This document shows positions 9,973 through 21,259 of a DNA stretch of 64,000 nt, piece by piece. Origin of the DNA: an uncultured Planctomycetota bacterium (GTDB lineage: Bacteria > Planctomycetota > Planctomycetia > Isosphaerales > Isosphaeraceae); NCBI GenBank assembly GCA_963845755.1, contig CAWJTV010000027.1:224001-288000 (forward strand). The letters run 5' to 3'. Within the stretch, counting starts at the first letter, position 1; each line of letters begins with the position of its first letter. The position numbers and the translations under genes are program-made. The notes beneath the pieces are model-generated. The model did not search any database and had not been told where the DNA came from. It saw nothing but the letters and a program-made list of their open reading frames with translations.

Positions 9973-10060
9973 GCTGGGACCGCCATCTCAAGCTCTCATC
10001 AATGCCGGCTTCGCGAGAGAATTCATCACCGTCGAGTCGGCCTCAGCGACCAAGGTCCGA

Positions 10061-11095
10061 TCAATAGGCGTCGGTGCTGATGACCTCGCCACGGTTCCGG
10101 CTGGAAATCGCCTGGTAAGTACCGAACGGTGTGGTGTCGCTGTAAAGCGCGGGACTGCCCCCGAAGGTCATGCCGACGGGCAGATCGGTCGCGGGATCGA
10201 TCGGCCAACTGCTGATCGTGTCCTTCACGAAGCGGACCGAGCCGTCGACCATGGCGAAATTGGCGCCACCCGGATGCAGGCTCGAGGCCGCCTGGATGAA
10301 GGCGGTGGAAACGGTGTCCCCGCCGGCGTTGCCGTTGACGACTTTTCGTTGTGGGTTCACCGGGTAGAGTGTACTGAACATGGTGTCGCCGAACGCCCCC
10401 GACGTCCACCAGTGCCAATCGAGGCATGGTGGGATCCCGCCTCCGGCGGGCGCGTTGCAGCTTAGCAGGGCATGAGCACGTTCGCCGAAGATGAAGGTCT
10501 GGCTGGTCCCGTCGGTGATCATCGCCAGGCTCACAGAGCTCTGGATCCAGTACAGGCCGTTGATCTGGGCTTGCCGGATCGGGTTGAAAGAAGGGTGATA
10601 CCAGGTACCGGTGCAGCCGGCGTAGCTGGTGTAGTACATCGTGCCAGGGCCCTCGAGCATATCGGTGACCGTCTGCGGTTGGTTGACCGTCGAGTCGCTG
10701 GGGCACCAGAGAGTCCCGACGCCCGTGGCCGAGATCGTGTAGTTGGCTCGCACGTACGTAGGAAGACTGAAATTGAAAGCGCTGAAGAGCGACTGCTGTT
10801 CCAGGTAGGGCAGGATCGCAATGAACAGGTTGTCGGACGGTTGAAGGCTCCCGTCCGCGGGGTCGGTCGCGACACCCGTGCCCTGTGGCAGGGTGTTCGC
10901 GGCGTTGAGGTAGTTTTGCGAGGCCAGGGCGAGTTGCTTGAGGTTGTTGACACACCCCACACGCCGCGCGGCCTCCCGCGCCGCCTGTACGGCGGGGAGG
11001 AGCAGGGCGATCAGGATCGCGATGATCGCGATGACCACCAGCAACTCGATTAACGTGAAGCCTCGTACGGGCGAGCGATCGGTCTTGGTCTTCAT
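10061..11095 (-). CDS. DUF1559 prepilin-type N-terminal cleavage / H-X9-DG protein
   Basis: [61 protein letters not shown]. Confidence 0.95.
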   Translation of the reverse strand: MKTKTDRSPVRGFTLIELLVVIAIIAILIALLLPAVQAAREAARRVGCVNNLKQLALASQNYLNAANTLPQGTGVATDPADGSLQPSDNLFIAILPYLEQQSLFSAFNFSLPTYVRANYTISATGVGTLWCPSDSTVNQPQTVTDMLEGPGTMYYTSYAGCTGTWYHPSFNPIRQAQINGLYWIQSSVSLAMITDGTSQTFIFGERAHALLSCNAPAGGGIPPCLDWHWWTSGAFGDTMFSTLYPVNPQRKVVNGNAGGDTVSTAFIQAASSLHPGGANFAMVDGSVRFVKDTISSWPIDPATDLPVGMTFGGSPALYSDTTPFGTYQAISSRNRGEVISTDAY

Positions 11096-11182
11096 CGGGA
11101 ATCTCATCCGGCAAGAGTGTCCCCTTCCAAGCCCACCGGCTGACATCAGCGAGTGGCGTCCCCAGGGGCGAGGATGTTCTCC

Positions 11183-11401
11183 TCATCGGTAATCCGACCC
11201 GGCCCGGCTCTTTGGTCTGGCCGGCTTACTGGCGTCCCTGGCCGACTTCGGCCGTTTCGCGTCCTCGAACGTCTTGAAGTTGCGGACGGCCAGGTCCGTG
11301 CGGTCCACTTTGATCGAGCCGGCCCCCTCCGGCCCGCAGCCGGCGAGGAGACACGCTCCCATGAGCAAGGCGAGGGACCGTTGGCAGCGTCTGTCGCACA
11401 T
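11183..11401 (-). CDS. Small lipoprotein
   Basis: Hydrophobic stretch plus lipobox LAGC; immediately upstream of the DUF1559 gene. Confidence 0.65.
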   Translation of the reverse strand: MCDRRCQRSLALLMGACLLAGCGPEGAGSIKVDRTDLAVRNFKTFEDAKRPKSARDASKPARPKSRAGSDYR

Positions 11402-11439
11402 GGGCCGGACTCCTTCTCGAATTGATATTATAATGTTTA

Positions 11440-14400
11440 TTATTTTGCATCGATAACTTTGACGCTGCTGGCGTGATCGAGGGCTACCGAGTTCTGCCTC
11501 GCGAGGCGAATCAGCTCACGGAAGTCGTCCCGCGCACGAAGCGGTGCCAGGTGTTCGTCGGTGCCGAGCTTGTACGCGTTGTCGAAACCCGCCTCGACGG
11601 CCTTGCGGAGTGCCGCGACAGCGGCCGCCGGCGGTCCTGGCGAGGCAGGGTCGAGCCGGGCCTGGAGGGCCAGGGCGCAGGCCAGATCGTAGGAGTACGA
11701 GGGGTCCTCGACGGCGAGTTTCTCCTCGATGGCCAGGGCGCGTTCCGCCGCGGCCGCGGCCTCTCTCGCCCTGCCGGCGCCGGCGAGCGCGGAACCTCGC
11801 ATCATCTCGATCGTCGCCTTCAGATTCCTCAACCGGGGTTGTTCCGGCCTCGCGCGGAGCACGACGTCGAGGATGTTATCCGCGTTGCGGAGTGCCACCA
11901 GGACTTCCGGAGTCGAGCCCGACCTTGCTGCAACCTCCGCGAGTGCCAGGTATCCCTCGGCGGCCAGGCACCGGTCCGCTCGGGTCAATCGTCCGCCTGG
12001 CGACTTCTCCTCCGAGTCCTGGAGGAGAGTGCGGAGGGTGCTGGCTCGGCTTGACAGCGATTCACCCGTCCGGGCCGCGAGCCGGAACGACTCGACGACG
12101 GTATGGAAATGGATGGCGTGGCAGCTCAGGTGTGGCACCGGTTCGCGTCGATCCTGATCTGTGATACCCAGGGCTTCCTCGCAAGCATTTTCCGCGAGGT
12201 CGAAGTGGTCGGTCTCCCGCTCGAGCCCGGCGAGGAAGGAGTCGGACTCGGCGAGGCACATCGCGAACTCGGATGAGGTGGGGTTCAGCCGCAGTTGCTC
12301 CCGATGCAGGGCGATCGCCTGGCTGGAGGACCGCCCTGGCCCGGGTCGTCCGCCCTTGCTCGGCCCAGACCTGGCCGAGGTAAAAGGCGATCTCCCCTTG
12401 GATGTGACGAAATTCGATGACCTTGGGGTTATCTCCGGACCACATCCCCGATGAGCTCGGCGGGCTTGTTCGAGGTCGGCTTCCGCTGAGGTGAGGGCAC
12501 CGAGCTCCAGATCGACTTGCCCAAGAAATCGCAAGTCACGGGCCATTTCTTTCCGCAAGATTGTACTGTTGGGACGGTCTTCCAGGAGTGGCGCGAGCAA
12601 TTCGCGAGCCTTCTGATTCGTCCGCACGGCAGCGGCCAGGTCGTCCTCGTTCCGAAAGAGAACACCGAGGTTATTCAGCGCTCGGGCCAGGACTCGCCGC
12701 GTCTCAAAGTCGGCGGGCGAGCGTCTTGCGGCGTCGCTCAGGACCTCGACGGCCTTCTCGAACTCGCGCCTTGGAGCCCAGATTGTCCCCGGCCATCTCG
12801 CTCGCCCGACGCCGGCGATGTCATGACTTCGCCCGAGACAACGACCTGGTTCTGGGTCGTCCGGTCTGACCCGCATGACCTCTGCCCAGAGTTCGGCGGC
12901 GAGCCGGGCCGTTCGAGAGCTCTCTTCCGGACTGGTTGGAGAAAACTGCCTCGAGGGCAAACGCCTGGCAGCTTCGGGCCAGGCCGATGCGGACCTCGAG
13001 GTTTGTCGGATCCGCGACGAGGAGGGCCTGGAAATGCCCGATGGCGGTCGACAGGATCCGCTTGGCTTCTTCCTTCGAGCCGATCTCTCCGGTGATTGTC
13101 CCCCATCGGAAGTAGGCGTTGGCCAGTTGAACCCTGAGCCCTGGATCGTTGGTTTGCTGTTCCGCGAAGGATTTGTAGTAGGGGAGCGAGAGCCTGAGGA
13201 GCCGTTCCCGCAGGGGCTGCATCCCGGGCTCATTGAGGAGGTGCTCCTCGCTGACCTCCTTGTAGTAGGTATTGACCGCCTCATTGGCCATCTTCAGCGT
13301 CCGCCTCGCCCCATCCCGGGCTGCCACCGCGGCGCGCCACTGCCAGGTCACGGCCATCAGGCCCGTGACGATGGCAACAGCCAGGCCGGCCAGCAGCGCG
13401 GCGATCGCCGGCCGGCGCCGTGCCCATTTCCAGCACCTCTCCAGCACCCCGGTATCCCGGGCTCGGATCGGCTTGCCATCCAGGAACCGTGCCAGGTCCT
13501 CGGCCAGCGCCCCGGCCGTCGCGTACCGGCCCGCCGGGTCCCGCGCGATTGCCTTCTGCACCACCGTCTCCAGGTCGCGCGGCAGCGTGACACTCAGCTT
13601 CCGCAGTCGGGCCGGCTCTTCCTCCATCACCTGACGGATCAACGCCTGGCGCGCCGCCTGTTCGAATGCCGGGCGCAGCGCCACCATCTCATACAAGGTC
13701 AGGCCCAGGGCGTAGACGTCCGACCGCGCGTCGCACCGCCCGTGGAACCGCTCCGGGGCCATGTAGCGGATCGTGCCCACGATATCGCCGGTGTGCGTCA
13801 GGTCGTCTCCTTCGACGGCCTTGGCCAGGCCGAAGTCGGCAACCCACGCGGTCCCCTGGGCGTCGAGCAAGACGTTGGAGGGCTTGATGTCGCGGTGTAA
13901 GATACCCTGGGTGTGGGCGTACTCCAGGGCGCCGGCGACCTGGAGGCCGACCCGCGCCACACTCCGCCAATAACGGGCGTCGGACCCCAGGTCCGACGGG
14001 CCGATTCTGCCCTTCGAAGCCGGTTCGGTGGCTACGACCATCCGTCGGGGGGAATGAAACGTCATTTCCGGTTCGTCCGGCTGCGAGGCCTCGCTGGAGG
14101 AGGGCCCATCGGTGAGCAGAGTGGTCGGAACAAACTGTTCGGTGACGAGCGACCGGGCGATCCCCGTGGCCGTGGTGGCGATCCCCACCGGGTCTTCCCC
14201 GAGCTCGGGCGGCGGGGCTCCGGCGGGAGCGGAGGTTGACGTCGAGGACCTGAGCCGCTTGACCTCGTCGATCACATTGTCCAGTCCGAGGCCCGGGATG
14301 AACTGCATCGCGTAGTAGTGCAGCCCATCCTGCTCGCCGACGCCGAAGACCGGCACGATGTTGGTGTGGTGCAACTGGGCCGCCGCGCGGGCCTCGCGCT

Positions 14401-14806
14401 CGAACCGCCTCACCTGCGCCGGGTCGGGAATGGTGTGGGCGGCGAGGACCTTGAGCGCGACCCGCCGGCCGAGCGACTGCTGCTCGGCCTCGTAGACCAC
14501 CCCCATGCCGCCGCGGCCGGCCTCGCGGAGGACGCGGAAGTCGCCCAGCCGCTCCAACCGCGCACCGCGGACGACCACCGCCGTGGCGTCGAAGTCGCCG
14601 GTGACGTCAACCGAGTCGGGCTCGGACTCCCCGGTCTTCTGCGCCGAGGGGATCGTCCGATGGATCTCGGCGGTCACGTCGGCGTGGGCCGCCGCGTGGC
14701 CCTCGACCGAGGGCGCTCGTCTCCGTGCCGGCTTCTCCACGAAGTCGTTGTCCAGTGCACCGAGCCGTTCTTCCGAAGTCAATGGATCGGTCATCGCACG
14801 ACTCAA
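11440..14806 (-). CDS. Ser/Thr protein kinase with TPR C-terminus; frameshifted
   Basis: GRGGMGVVY, VALKVL, HRDIKPSN, DFGLAK, GTIRYMAPE, TM segment, TPR-like helices, YDLACALAL...AVEAGF. Confidence 0.88.
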
Positions 14807-14840
14807 ATTCGTTTCGACTTGAGATTTCGCCGCGAATGGA

Positions 14841-15777
14841 TCACCGAGGGCGGAAAGAGACGAGCGTGTCGTCGACCACCGAACCCACCGGCTTCATGTG
14901 TCGGATGGCGCGGAGATGCCGGCGGCGGCAAGCCGCGGCCAGAGTCCCCAGCACACCCAGACCCAACAGGGACAAGCTCGATGGCTCCGGTACCGACAGG
15001 GTCAGGATGGCCGTCTGGGAGAACAACAGCGAGCCGGGATCTCGGCTCGTCGAGTCCTTATAGATCGAGTAGGTGCCGCTAAAGGTCAGCGGGCCAAACG
15101 AGCTGAGCGTCGCCACCTCCTGGTCGAGCAGTTGCTGCCCGGTCATGCCCGTCCCGCCGACCATGAGGATCTGGTCGGAAGCTGCCGACCCCGCGGTAGA
15201 TCAGCTCATTGACTAACTGGTCCGGGGAGCCGCTGGTGATGTACGTCTTCGTTCCGTCGGCGTTGTCGATCACCCCGACGCGGCCCGCACTGTAGTTGAA
15301 GTTGCTCAGGTCGGTCACGTTGCCGAGCAGCGAGCCGGCGGGGTTGCCGGGCATGTCGCTGCTGACGCCCGTGAAGACGACCTGCGAGAGGCTGAACAGC
15401 GTCCCGTTGCCGGAGATGTGGACGGGCGCGTAGAGCAGGTTTCCCAGCTCGTTGGCGAACGCCCCGGTCGGGTTGGCCTGGCCGTTCCAGGAGGTGAAGT
15501 CGCCGGTGGGAATGATGTCCCGGACGTTGGTGGACGTGACCGTTTGGAAAGCCGTCGGGTCGGTCGCGGGGTTGCCGACGGCGGTGAAGCCGTTGGTGAT
15601 TCCCTGGATTGCATTGAGCTGCCAGGTCGGGAAGCTCGGGGAGCCGCTGGCCCCGTTGGGGCCGATCGCGAACCCCTGCTGGATGGTAAAGCCGGCCTGG
15701 GCCGGGGTCACGATCGCCACTAACAGCAATGCCAGTGACAGTGTCAGTGTCAGGAACTTTGCACGGGAGATATTCAT
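14841..15777 (-). CDS. PEP-CTERM sorting-domain protein; frameshift near 15165
   Basis: Signal peptide ending AQA; C-terminal VPEPSSLSLLGLGVLGTLAAACRRRH. Confidence 0.85.
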
Positions 15778-16100
15778 GGATAAGTTACTCCTTGGTGGCA
15801 TTCGACAGGATCGGCTCGCACACGGAGAAACCAGCCCTTCGAGCCGGTAAACCTGGGGCCTGCTCGAGGGGATTCCCTCGACGAAACCGCCGGGGCCTCT
15901 CATCAAATCGATCCCGATGCGAACTGCCAGGGGCTGCTTCGGCAGCCCTTGTTATCCAGGGGCGACCCCATTCGATGAGTCATCACCTCGACAGCGTTGT
16001 GCGATTCTCGAGACGGAGAACACACAACTTGGGTCTCTTCCCGGAAGTGTCGCCGCGATCGTCGGGTTACTGATCCAGGTCATTTACCCCTGTCCACGAC

Positions 16101-16426
16101 GAAACCTATAAGCGCGGCGAAAAAACCGCGCGGACCTCCGCTGGGAGTGGAGCCGAGTTTCGGTGGGCAGGCGCGATTCCTGATCTCCCCGGATCAATGA
16201 ATCCGGGAGGGTGAGCATGTCCTCGATTCGGGTCAACGGCTTCGGAGAAAACCGCGGGATCGTAATGACGGGAATCGGCGAGGCCAGGACCGTTAACGCC
16301 CAGCAATGAACGAGTGGGAGTGCACGCTTGCAACCCGAAAGGTCCACCGCTATCGTTGGGGTACCGATCGGAATGAGTTACTCCTATCGGCGATGAAACC
16401 TATAAGCGCGCAGAAAAAAGCGGACC
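16101..16426. repeat. Two copies of GAAACCTATAAGCGCG followed by an A-run and GCGGACC; candidate tandem promoters
   Basis: Exact 16-mer at 16101-16116 and 16395-16410 in a long intergenic region. Confidence 0.6.
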
Positions 16427-16630
16427 ACCCCAGGGTGTAGAGGTGAGTTCGCTGGATTGCCGCAACGTCGCGATGCGATCCGAGGGATGCACGACAATTC
16501 TTGATTCCGATCACCATCATGCTGAAATCTGATGGCTCGAACACGGATGTCAGCCTGCTGTTCCGCCTGGGTCGCCACCCGTCGGATCAGGCCGCCTGGG
16601 AAGAGTTCGTCGACCGCTATGGCGCGAAGA

Positions 16631-18051
16631 GGGTGTGACCGACGATTGATGTAGAGTTTGAGGAGCTTTCTCAGTAAGATTTTGGGGGATTCTCTTCTCT
16701 CTTCACGGAGGCCCGACGATGTCCGCACAGATCATCAGCCGCACTGAGGCGGGTTTCACCGTCCAGATCACCATCCCCTACCACCGCTCGATGCTCGAGT
16801 TCGAGGAAACGCTCCAGGACCAACTCAACGCCGCCGGTGTCCTGGCCACTGAGGAAGGACTGCGGCAATTCGACACCGACGGCTCTCCCCTCACCGTCGG
16901 CTCGGTCACGTTGACCAGCAAGGGTCAGTCCTCCAAGGATTACCAGACGCCCTATGGCATGGCCACGGTCCAACGGCACGTCTACCAGAGTCCCCAGGGC
17001 GGAGCCACCTACTGCCCCCTGGATCGTGACGCCCGGATCATCGTCAGCTCCACCCCTAAGTTCGCCAAGATGGTCGCGAGTAAGTACGCCGAATTCGGCT
17101 CGGCGCGAGTCCGGCGCGATCTGCGCGACAACCACGGCCGGGACGTCTCGCGCTGCCTGATCCAGGACGTCGCCGACGCGGTGGCCGCCGTGGCGCTGGT
17201 CAAGGAGGAAGACTGGAGTTACCACCTCCCCACGATGGACACGCCCCCGACGACCGTGGCCCTCAGCTTGGACGGGACCTGCGTGCTGATGTGCGAGGAC
17301 GGTTGGCGGGAGACGATGGTCGGGACGATCAGCTTCTACGACGGCGCGGGCCAGCGGCAGCACACGATCTACCTGGCGGCGACGCCCGAGTACGGCAAGG
17401 CGACCTTCCTGGGTCGCTTGGAGGCGGAGGTGTCCCAGGTGAAGGCGAAGTATCCTCAGGCCCACTACGCCGGGATCGCCGACGGAGCCAAGGGGAACTG
17501 GGAATTCCTCCGACGGTACACTGACACTCAGGTCGTGGACTTCTGGCATGCTGCGGAGTATCTGGGCAAGGCGGCGGCGGTGCTGTACCGGGGCCAGCCC
17601 GCGACGCGTCGGTCGTGGACGGAGGCGAGCTGTCACACGTTGAAGCACGAACCCGGAGGCGCGGCCACGATCCTCAAGCAATTGAAGTCGCTGGCGAAAG
17701 TGCGGCCGTGGGCCAAGGATGATGAGGACGTACAACGAGCCATCACCTACTTCACCAACCAATCGACCGCGGGACGGATGGACTATGCGGCGCGGGTCGC
17801 CAACAACGAGCCGATCGGCAGTGGCGTGACCGAAGCCGCCTGCAAGGTGATCGTGAAGCAACGTCTCTGCGGTTCGGGGATGAAATGGAAGGAGTCGGGA
17901 GCGGCGGCGGTGCTGAGTCTACGCTGCTTGAACCACACGACGGGGAGGTGGGACCAGTTCTGGTCGAAGATCGACCGCTGCGGGTTTCCGGTGGCAGCCT
18001 GAACCCTGGGCGGTTTCCGATAATATGCTACATCAATCGTCGGTCACACCC
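16631..18051 (+). mobile_element. Complete insertion sequence, ISKra4-like
   Basis: Perfect 24-bp IRs GGGTGTGACCGACGATTGATGTAG (16631-16654 / 18028-18051); 8-bp TSD CGCGAAGA (16623-16630 / 18052-18059). Confidence 0.95.
16719..18002 (+). CDS. ISKra4-family DDE transposase
   Basis: SLDG, IADGAKGNW, VDFWHAAEYL, PIGSGVTEAACK, RLCGSGMKW. Confidence 0.9.
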   Translation: MSAQIISRTEAGFTVQITIPYHRSMLEFEETLQDQLNAAGVLATEEGLRQFDTDGSPLTVGSVTLTSKGQSSKDYQTPYGMATVQRHVYQSPQGGATYCPLDRDARIIVSSTPKFAKMVASKYAEFGSARVRRDLRDNHGRDVSRCLIQDVADAVAAVALVKEEDWSYHLPTMDTPPTTVALSLDGTCVLMCEDGWRETMVGTISFYDGAGQRQHTIYLAATPEYGKATFLGRLEAEVSQVKAKYPQAHYAGIADGAKGNWEFLRRYTDTQVVDFWHAAEYLGKAAAVLYRGQPATRRSWTEASCHTLKHEPGGAATILKQLKSLAKVRPWAKDDEDVQRAITYFTNQSTAGRMDYAARVANNEPIGSGVTEAACKVIVKQRLCGSGMKWKESGAAAVLSLRCLNHTTGRWDQFWSKIDRCGFPVAA

Positions 18052-18349
18052 CGCGAAGATCTACGCGTGGTGCCGCGCCTGGCGACTCCAGGATGCAGAC
18101 GCCCAGGATGTGACCCAGGCGGTTCTGGCCAAGCTCGCCGTCCAGTTGCGCCGGTTTACCTACGACCCCTCACTCGATCATGGATAACCTCCTCGACCTG
18201 AGGAGGGCCCAGGCCACCCGGCGCATGCCGAGGGCCACCCGGGCGATGCCGCGCGGCTGATCCAGGCCAAGGCCCTACCGATCTGCGACCGGCGCGTCAT
18301 AAGGGCCGAGGCCTGGCTGGCCCGCGACCCCCGCGATCGGGACGCCCGG

Positions 18350-19312
18350 GTGAATCTCGTCGTATTCCTCGCGGAGCGTGGCGCGTTCCTGGCGGAGCTG
18401 GGCCGCCGGGCCGAGGCGCTGAGGGATGTGGATCGCGGCCTCGCCGTGGGTGGGGAGATCCTCCTCCCGCCCGAGACCGCAACGAGCCCCGCAGGCGCGG
18501 AGCGATCCGCCAGCGCCGCCCAGGCGTTGGGCCTCCGGGAGCCGATGGACCAGGGTGCGGTCCCGCTCTTCAGGATCGCCGGCATCCACGCCCTCCTGGC
18601 CGCGTCCGGCCGCGATGACGGACCGCAGTCCACCCGCGACGCGGATCGGGCTATCGAGCTGTTGCGGAAGGCCGTCAGCCGGGGTTTTCGTCGGAGGGAC
18701 CTCATCGCCGAGAACTCGGGCTTCACCTTCCTGAAGCCGCGGGCCGATTTCCGGGCGATCCTCGATCGCCTGCCCTGGAGGGTCGAGGGGGCCATGGAAG
18801 GCGAAGCCCTCAAGGTGCTGAAGTCGAGCGGGCCGTTCGAAGTCGCTCCGCAAGCCCTCCCCGAGAAGCGCCATGTCGGAAGGTGGAGCGGCGACGCGAT
18901 CTTGATCGGCAACCCGCGCCAGCCCGGCGATTGGGTCGAACTGGCCCTGCCCGTGCCCGCCGACGGGACCTATCGCGTCGTGGCCTACCTGATCGCGGCC
19001 CCAGGATACGGGGTGGTGCGGCTCGCGCTCGACGGCCGGCCGCAGGGCGTGCCCTTCGACGGATTCCGCCTCGGTCCCGATCCCCGATCCTACGCGATCC
19101 TGGACGCGACTCCATCCCCCGTCGCCGTCGAGCTGGGCACGGCTCACCTCCGGAAGGGGACCGCAACGCTCCGGCTCGAGGTCGTCGGCAAGGCCGAAGA
19201 ATCCCGGGGCTACTCCTGGGGGCTGGACTGTCTCGTGCTCCGGCCGTTCTCCGCCACGACCCCCCCCGAGGGAGGGCGGGACATGCGACGGAATGGGGAA
19301 CCGAGAGAATGA
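18350..19312 (+). pseudogene. Orphan C-terminal TPR plus jelly-roll portion, probably of a Ser/Thr kinase
   Basis: RAIELLRKAVSRGF...RADFRAIL kinase-tail-like motif, then WSGD..PGDWVELALPV..GLDCLVL beta-sandwich; no kinase domain or clear start. Confidence 0.55.
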
Positions 19313-19400
19313 GAAACGGAAGGCTTGTATGAGCGATTACCCCGGCAGCGGCGCGGACTCTGTATGAGTGGGGCGGTCGGAGGAAGGCCCCGCTCAGCCG

Positions 19401-19537
19401 GGCCATTCGCCGGAGAAGACCTCGGTGGCCGGTCCGGTCATGAAGACCGGCGCGTGGTCGTCGGGCCATCCCAGCCCGAGGTCGCCGCCGGGCAGGTGGG
19501 CCAGGATCCTGCGATCGGAGTGGCCGGTGATCACTCC
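19401..19537 (-). repeat. Diverged duplicate of the dapF 3' end
   Basis: Ungapped match to 21276-21412; encodes ILAHLPGGDLGLGWPDDHAPVFMTGPATEVFSGEWPG*. Confidence 0.93.
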
Positions 19538-19670
19538 CAGGGGTGAAGGGAACATGGGTGGGCGATGGAGACCCGGCCACTTGCAATCTCACTAATGCCC
19601 GTGCATTATTGATCGTTACCCGGCAAATGCTTCTCACGTCGAATGGCCACCTCGTTTGGCGGAGTGGAAC

Positions 19671-21248
19671 ATGGCATCCTGGCGATCCGATTCGTCCCTG
19701 AGCCTGCCGTCGTATCACTCGGTCTCGGGCCGGCAAAACCCGGGCCGGCGCCGCCGGGACGGGTCATGCCGGTTCCGGCCGATGGTGGTCGGGCTCGAAG
19801 TGAGGGCTCTGCTTTCGGGCACGACGATCACGACGGTCGCGGGCGATGGGGTCTCGGGCTATACCGGCAATGGGGGTCAGGCGACCGCCGCCGAGCTCAA
19901 TTTTCCCGGGGGCCTCACGGTAGACTCCCACGGCAACCTCTTCATCGCCGATACCGCGAACGGGGTCATCCGCGAGGTGAACGCGAGCACGGGCATCATC
20001 ACCACGGTGGCGGGCGGCGGCGGCACATCGGCCAGCATTGGTGATGGTGGGCCCGCGACCGGCGCCTTCCTGGATCTGCCCCAGGGGGTCGCCGTCGCTG
20101 CCAATGGCAATCTCTTCATCGCCGACTTTGAAGAAGAACTCGTCCGCGAGGTGAACGCGAGCACGGGCATCATCACCACGTATGCGGGCATGCCCTACGA
20201 ATTCGGCTACGGCGGCGATGGCGGGCCGGCGAACCAGGCTTATCTGTACCGGCCCTATGACGTCGTGCTGGATGCCCAGGGCAACCTGTTCATCTCCGAC
20301 GAATCCGACCACGTGATCCGCGAGGTGAATGCGAGCACGGGCATCATCACCACGGTCGCGGGCGGCGCCGGAATGACTCAGATCGGTCCCTCTGCGGGCA
20401 TCGCGCGAGATCCGCAGGGCGACCTGTTCATCGCCAGCCCGACTGAGAATAAGGTCCTCGAACTGCACGCCGGCAGCGGCTTGGTCACCACCGTCGCGGG
20501 GACTGGCATGCTCGGCTACAGCGGTGATGGAGGGCCAGCCATCGACGCCGATCTGATTTCTCCCTGGGGAGTCGCCGTCGATACTCATGGCGACCTGTTC
20601 ATCAGCGACAACGGCAACAATGCGATCCGCGAGGTGAACCTGAGCACGGGGATCATCACGACCGTGGTCGGCGACGGCTACCCGGGCTATACCGGCGACG
20701 GCGGGCCGGCGATCGATGCCAAGTTGTCCGATCCCTTCGGACTGGCACTTGACTCCCACGGCGACCTGTTCATCGCCGACGCCGGGAACGATGCGATCCG
20801 CGAGATCACGGGCCTCACCGTTCCCAACGGCAACGGCAATCCCACGCCCACGCCCACTCCGACCCCGACGACCACGTTCACGCCCCTGCCGACGCCCGCA
20901 CCCAGCCCCGGCCCGCTGGTGAAGGTTCGAGGCGCCTCGCTCAAGACGGTCAAGCACGAGAACACCGAGGTGATCATCGTGCGTTTCAGTGGGGCGCTGG
21001 ATGCGGCGGATGTCCAGAATCCCGGCGTTTTCGGCGTCACGACGATCGGCAAGAGGAAGCGACCGAGCACGCCGGTGCCGCTGGCCAGCGCCAGCTACAA
21101 CGCGACGAACTTCACCGTGACCTTGACGCCGAGTGTTCGCCTGGCGCGGAATCAGCGGATCCGACTCACGGTCTGGGCCGCCGGCCTGCTCGACGTCGAG
21201 GGACGTCCGGTCGATGGGGGCGTCACCTTCGATAGGGCGCTGAGCTAG
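19671..21248 (+). CDS. NHL-repeat (teneurin-like) extracellular protein with PT linker
   Basis: LEVRALLS N-terminal motif, repeated GNLFIAD..IREVNASTGIITTVAG..GDGGPA, PTPTPTPT linker. Confidence 0.88.
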   Translation: MASWRSDSSLSLPSYHSVSGRQNPGRRRRDGSCRFRPMVVGLEVRALLSGTTITTVAGDGVSGYTGNGGQATAAELNFPGGLTVDSHGNLFIADTANGVIREVNASTGIITTVAGGGGTSASIGDGGPATGAFLDLPQGVAVAANGNLFIADFEEELVREVNASTGIITTYAGMPYEFGYGGDGGPANQAYLYRPYDVVLDAQGNLFISDESDHVIREVNASTGIITTVAGGAGMTQIGPSAGIARDPQGDLFIASPTENKVLELHAGSGLVTTVAGTGMLGYSGDGGPAIDADLISPWGVAVDTHGDLFISDNGNNAIREVNLSTGIITTVVGDGYPGYTGDGGPAIDAKLSDPFGLALDSHGDLFIADAGNDAIREITGLTVPNGNGNPTPTPTPTPTTTFTPLPTPAPSPGPLVKVRGASLKTVKHENTEVIIVRFSGALDAADVQNPGVFGVTTIGKRKRPSTPVPLASASYNATNFTVTLTPSVRLARNQRIRLTVWAAGLLDVEGRPVDGGVTFDRALS

Positions 21249-21259
21249 ACCGCTCCACC

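Larger units (their letters stand above)
16519..18187 (+). pseudogene. ECF sigma factor, IS-interrupted and C-terminally truncated
   Basis: MLKSDGSNTDVSLLFRL..DQAAWEEFVDRYGAK before the IS; IYAWCRAWRLQDADAQDVTQAVL..FTYDPS then stop after it; no region 4. Confidence 0.85.
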
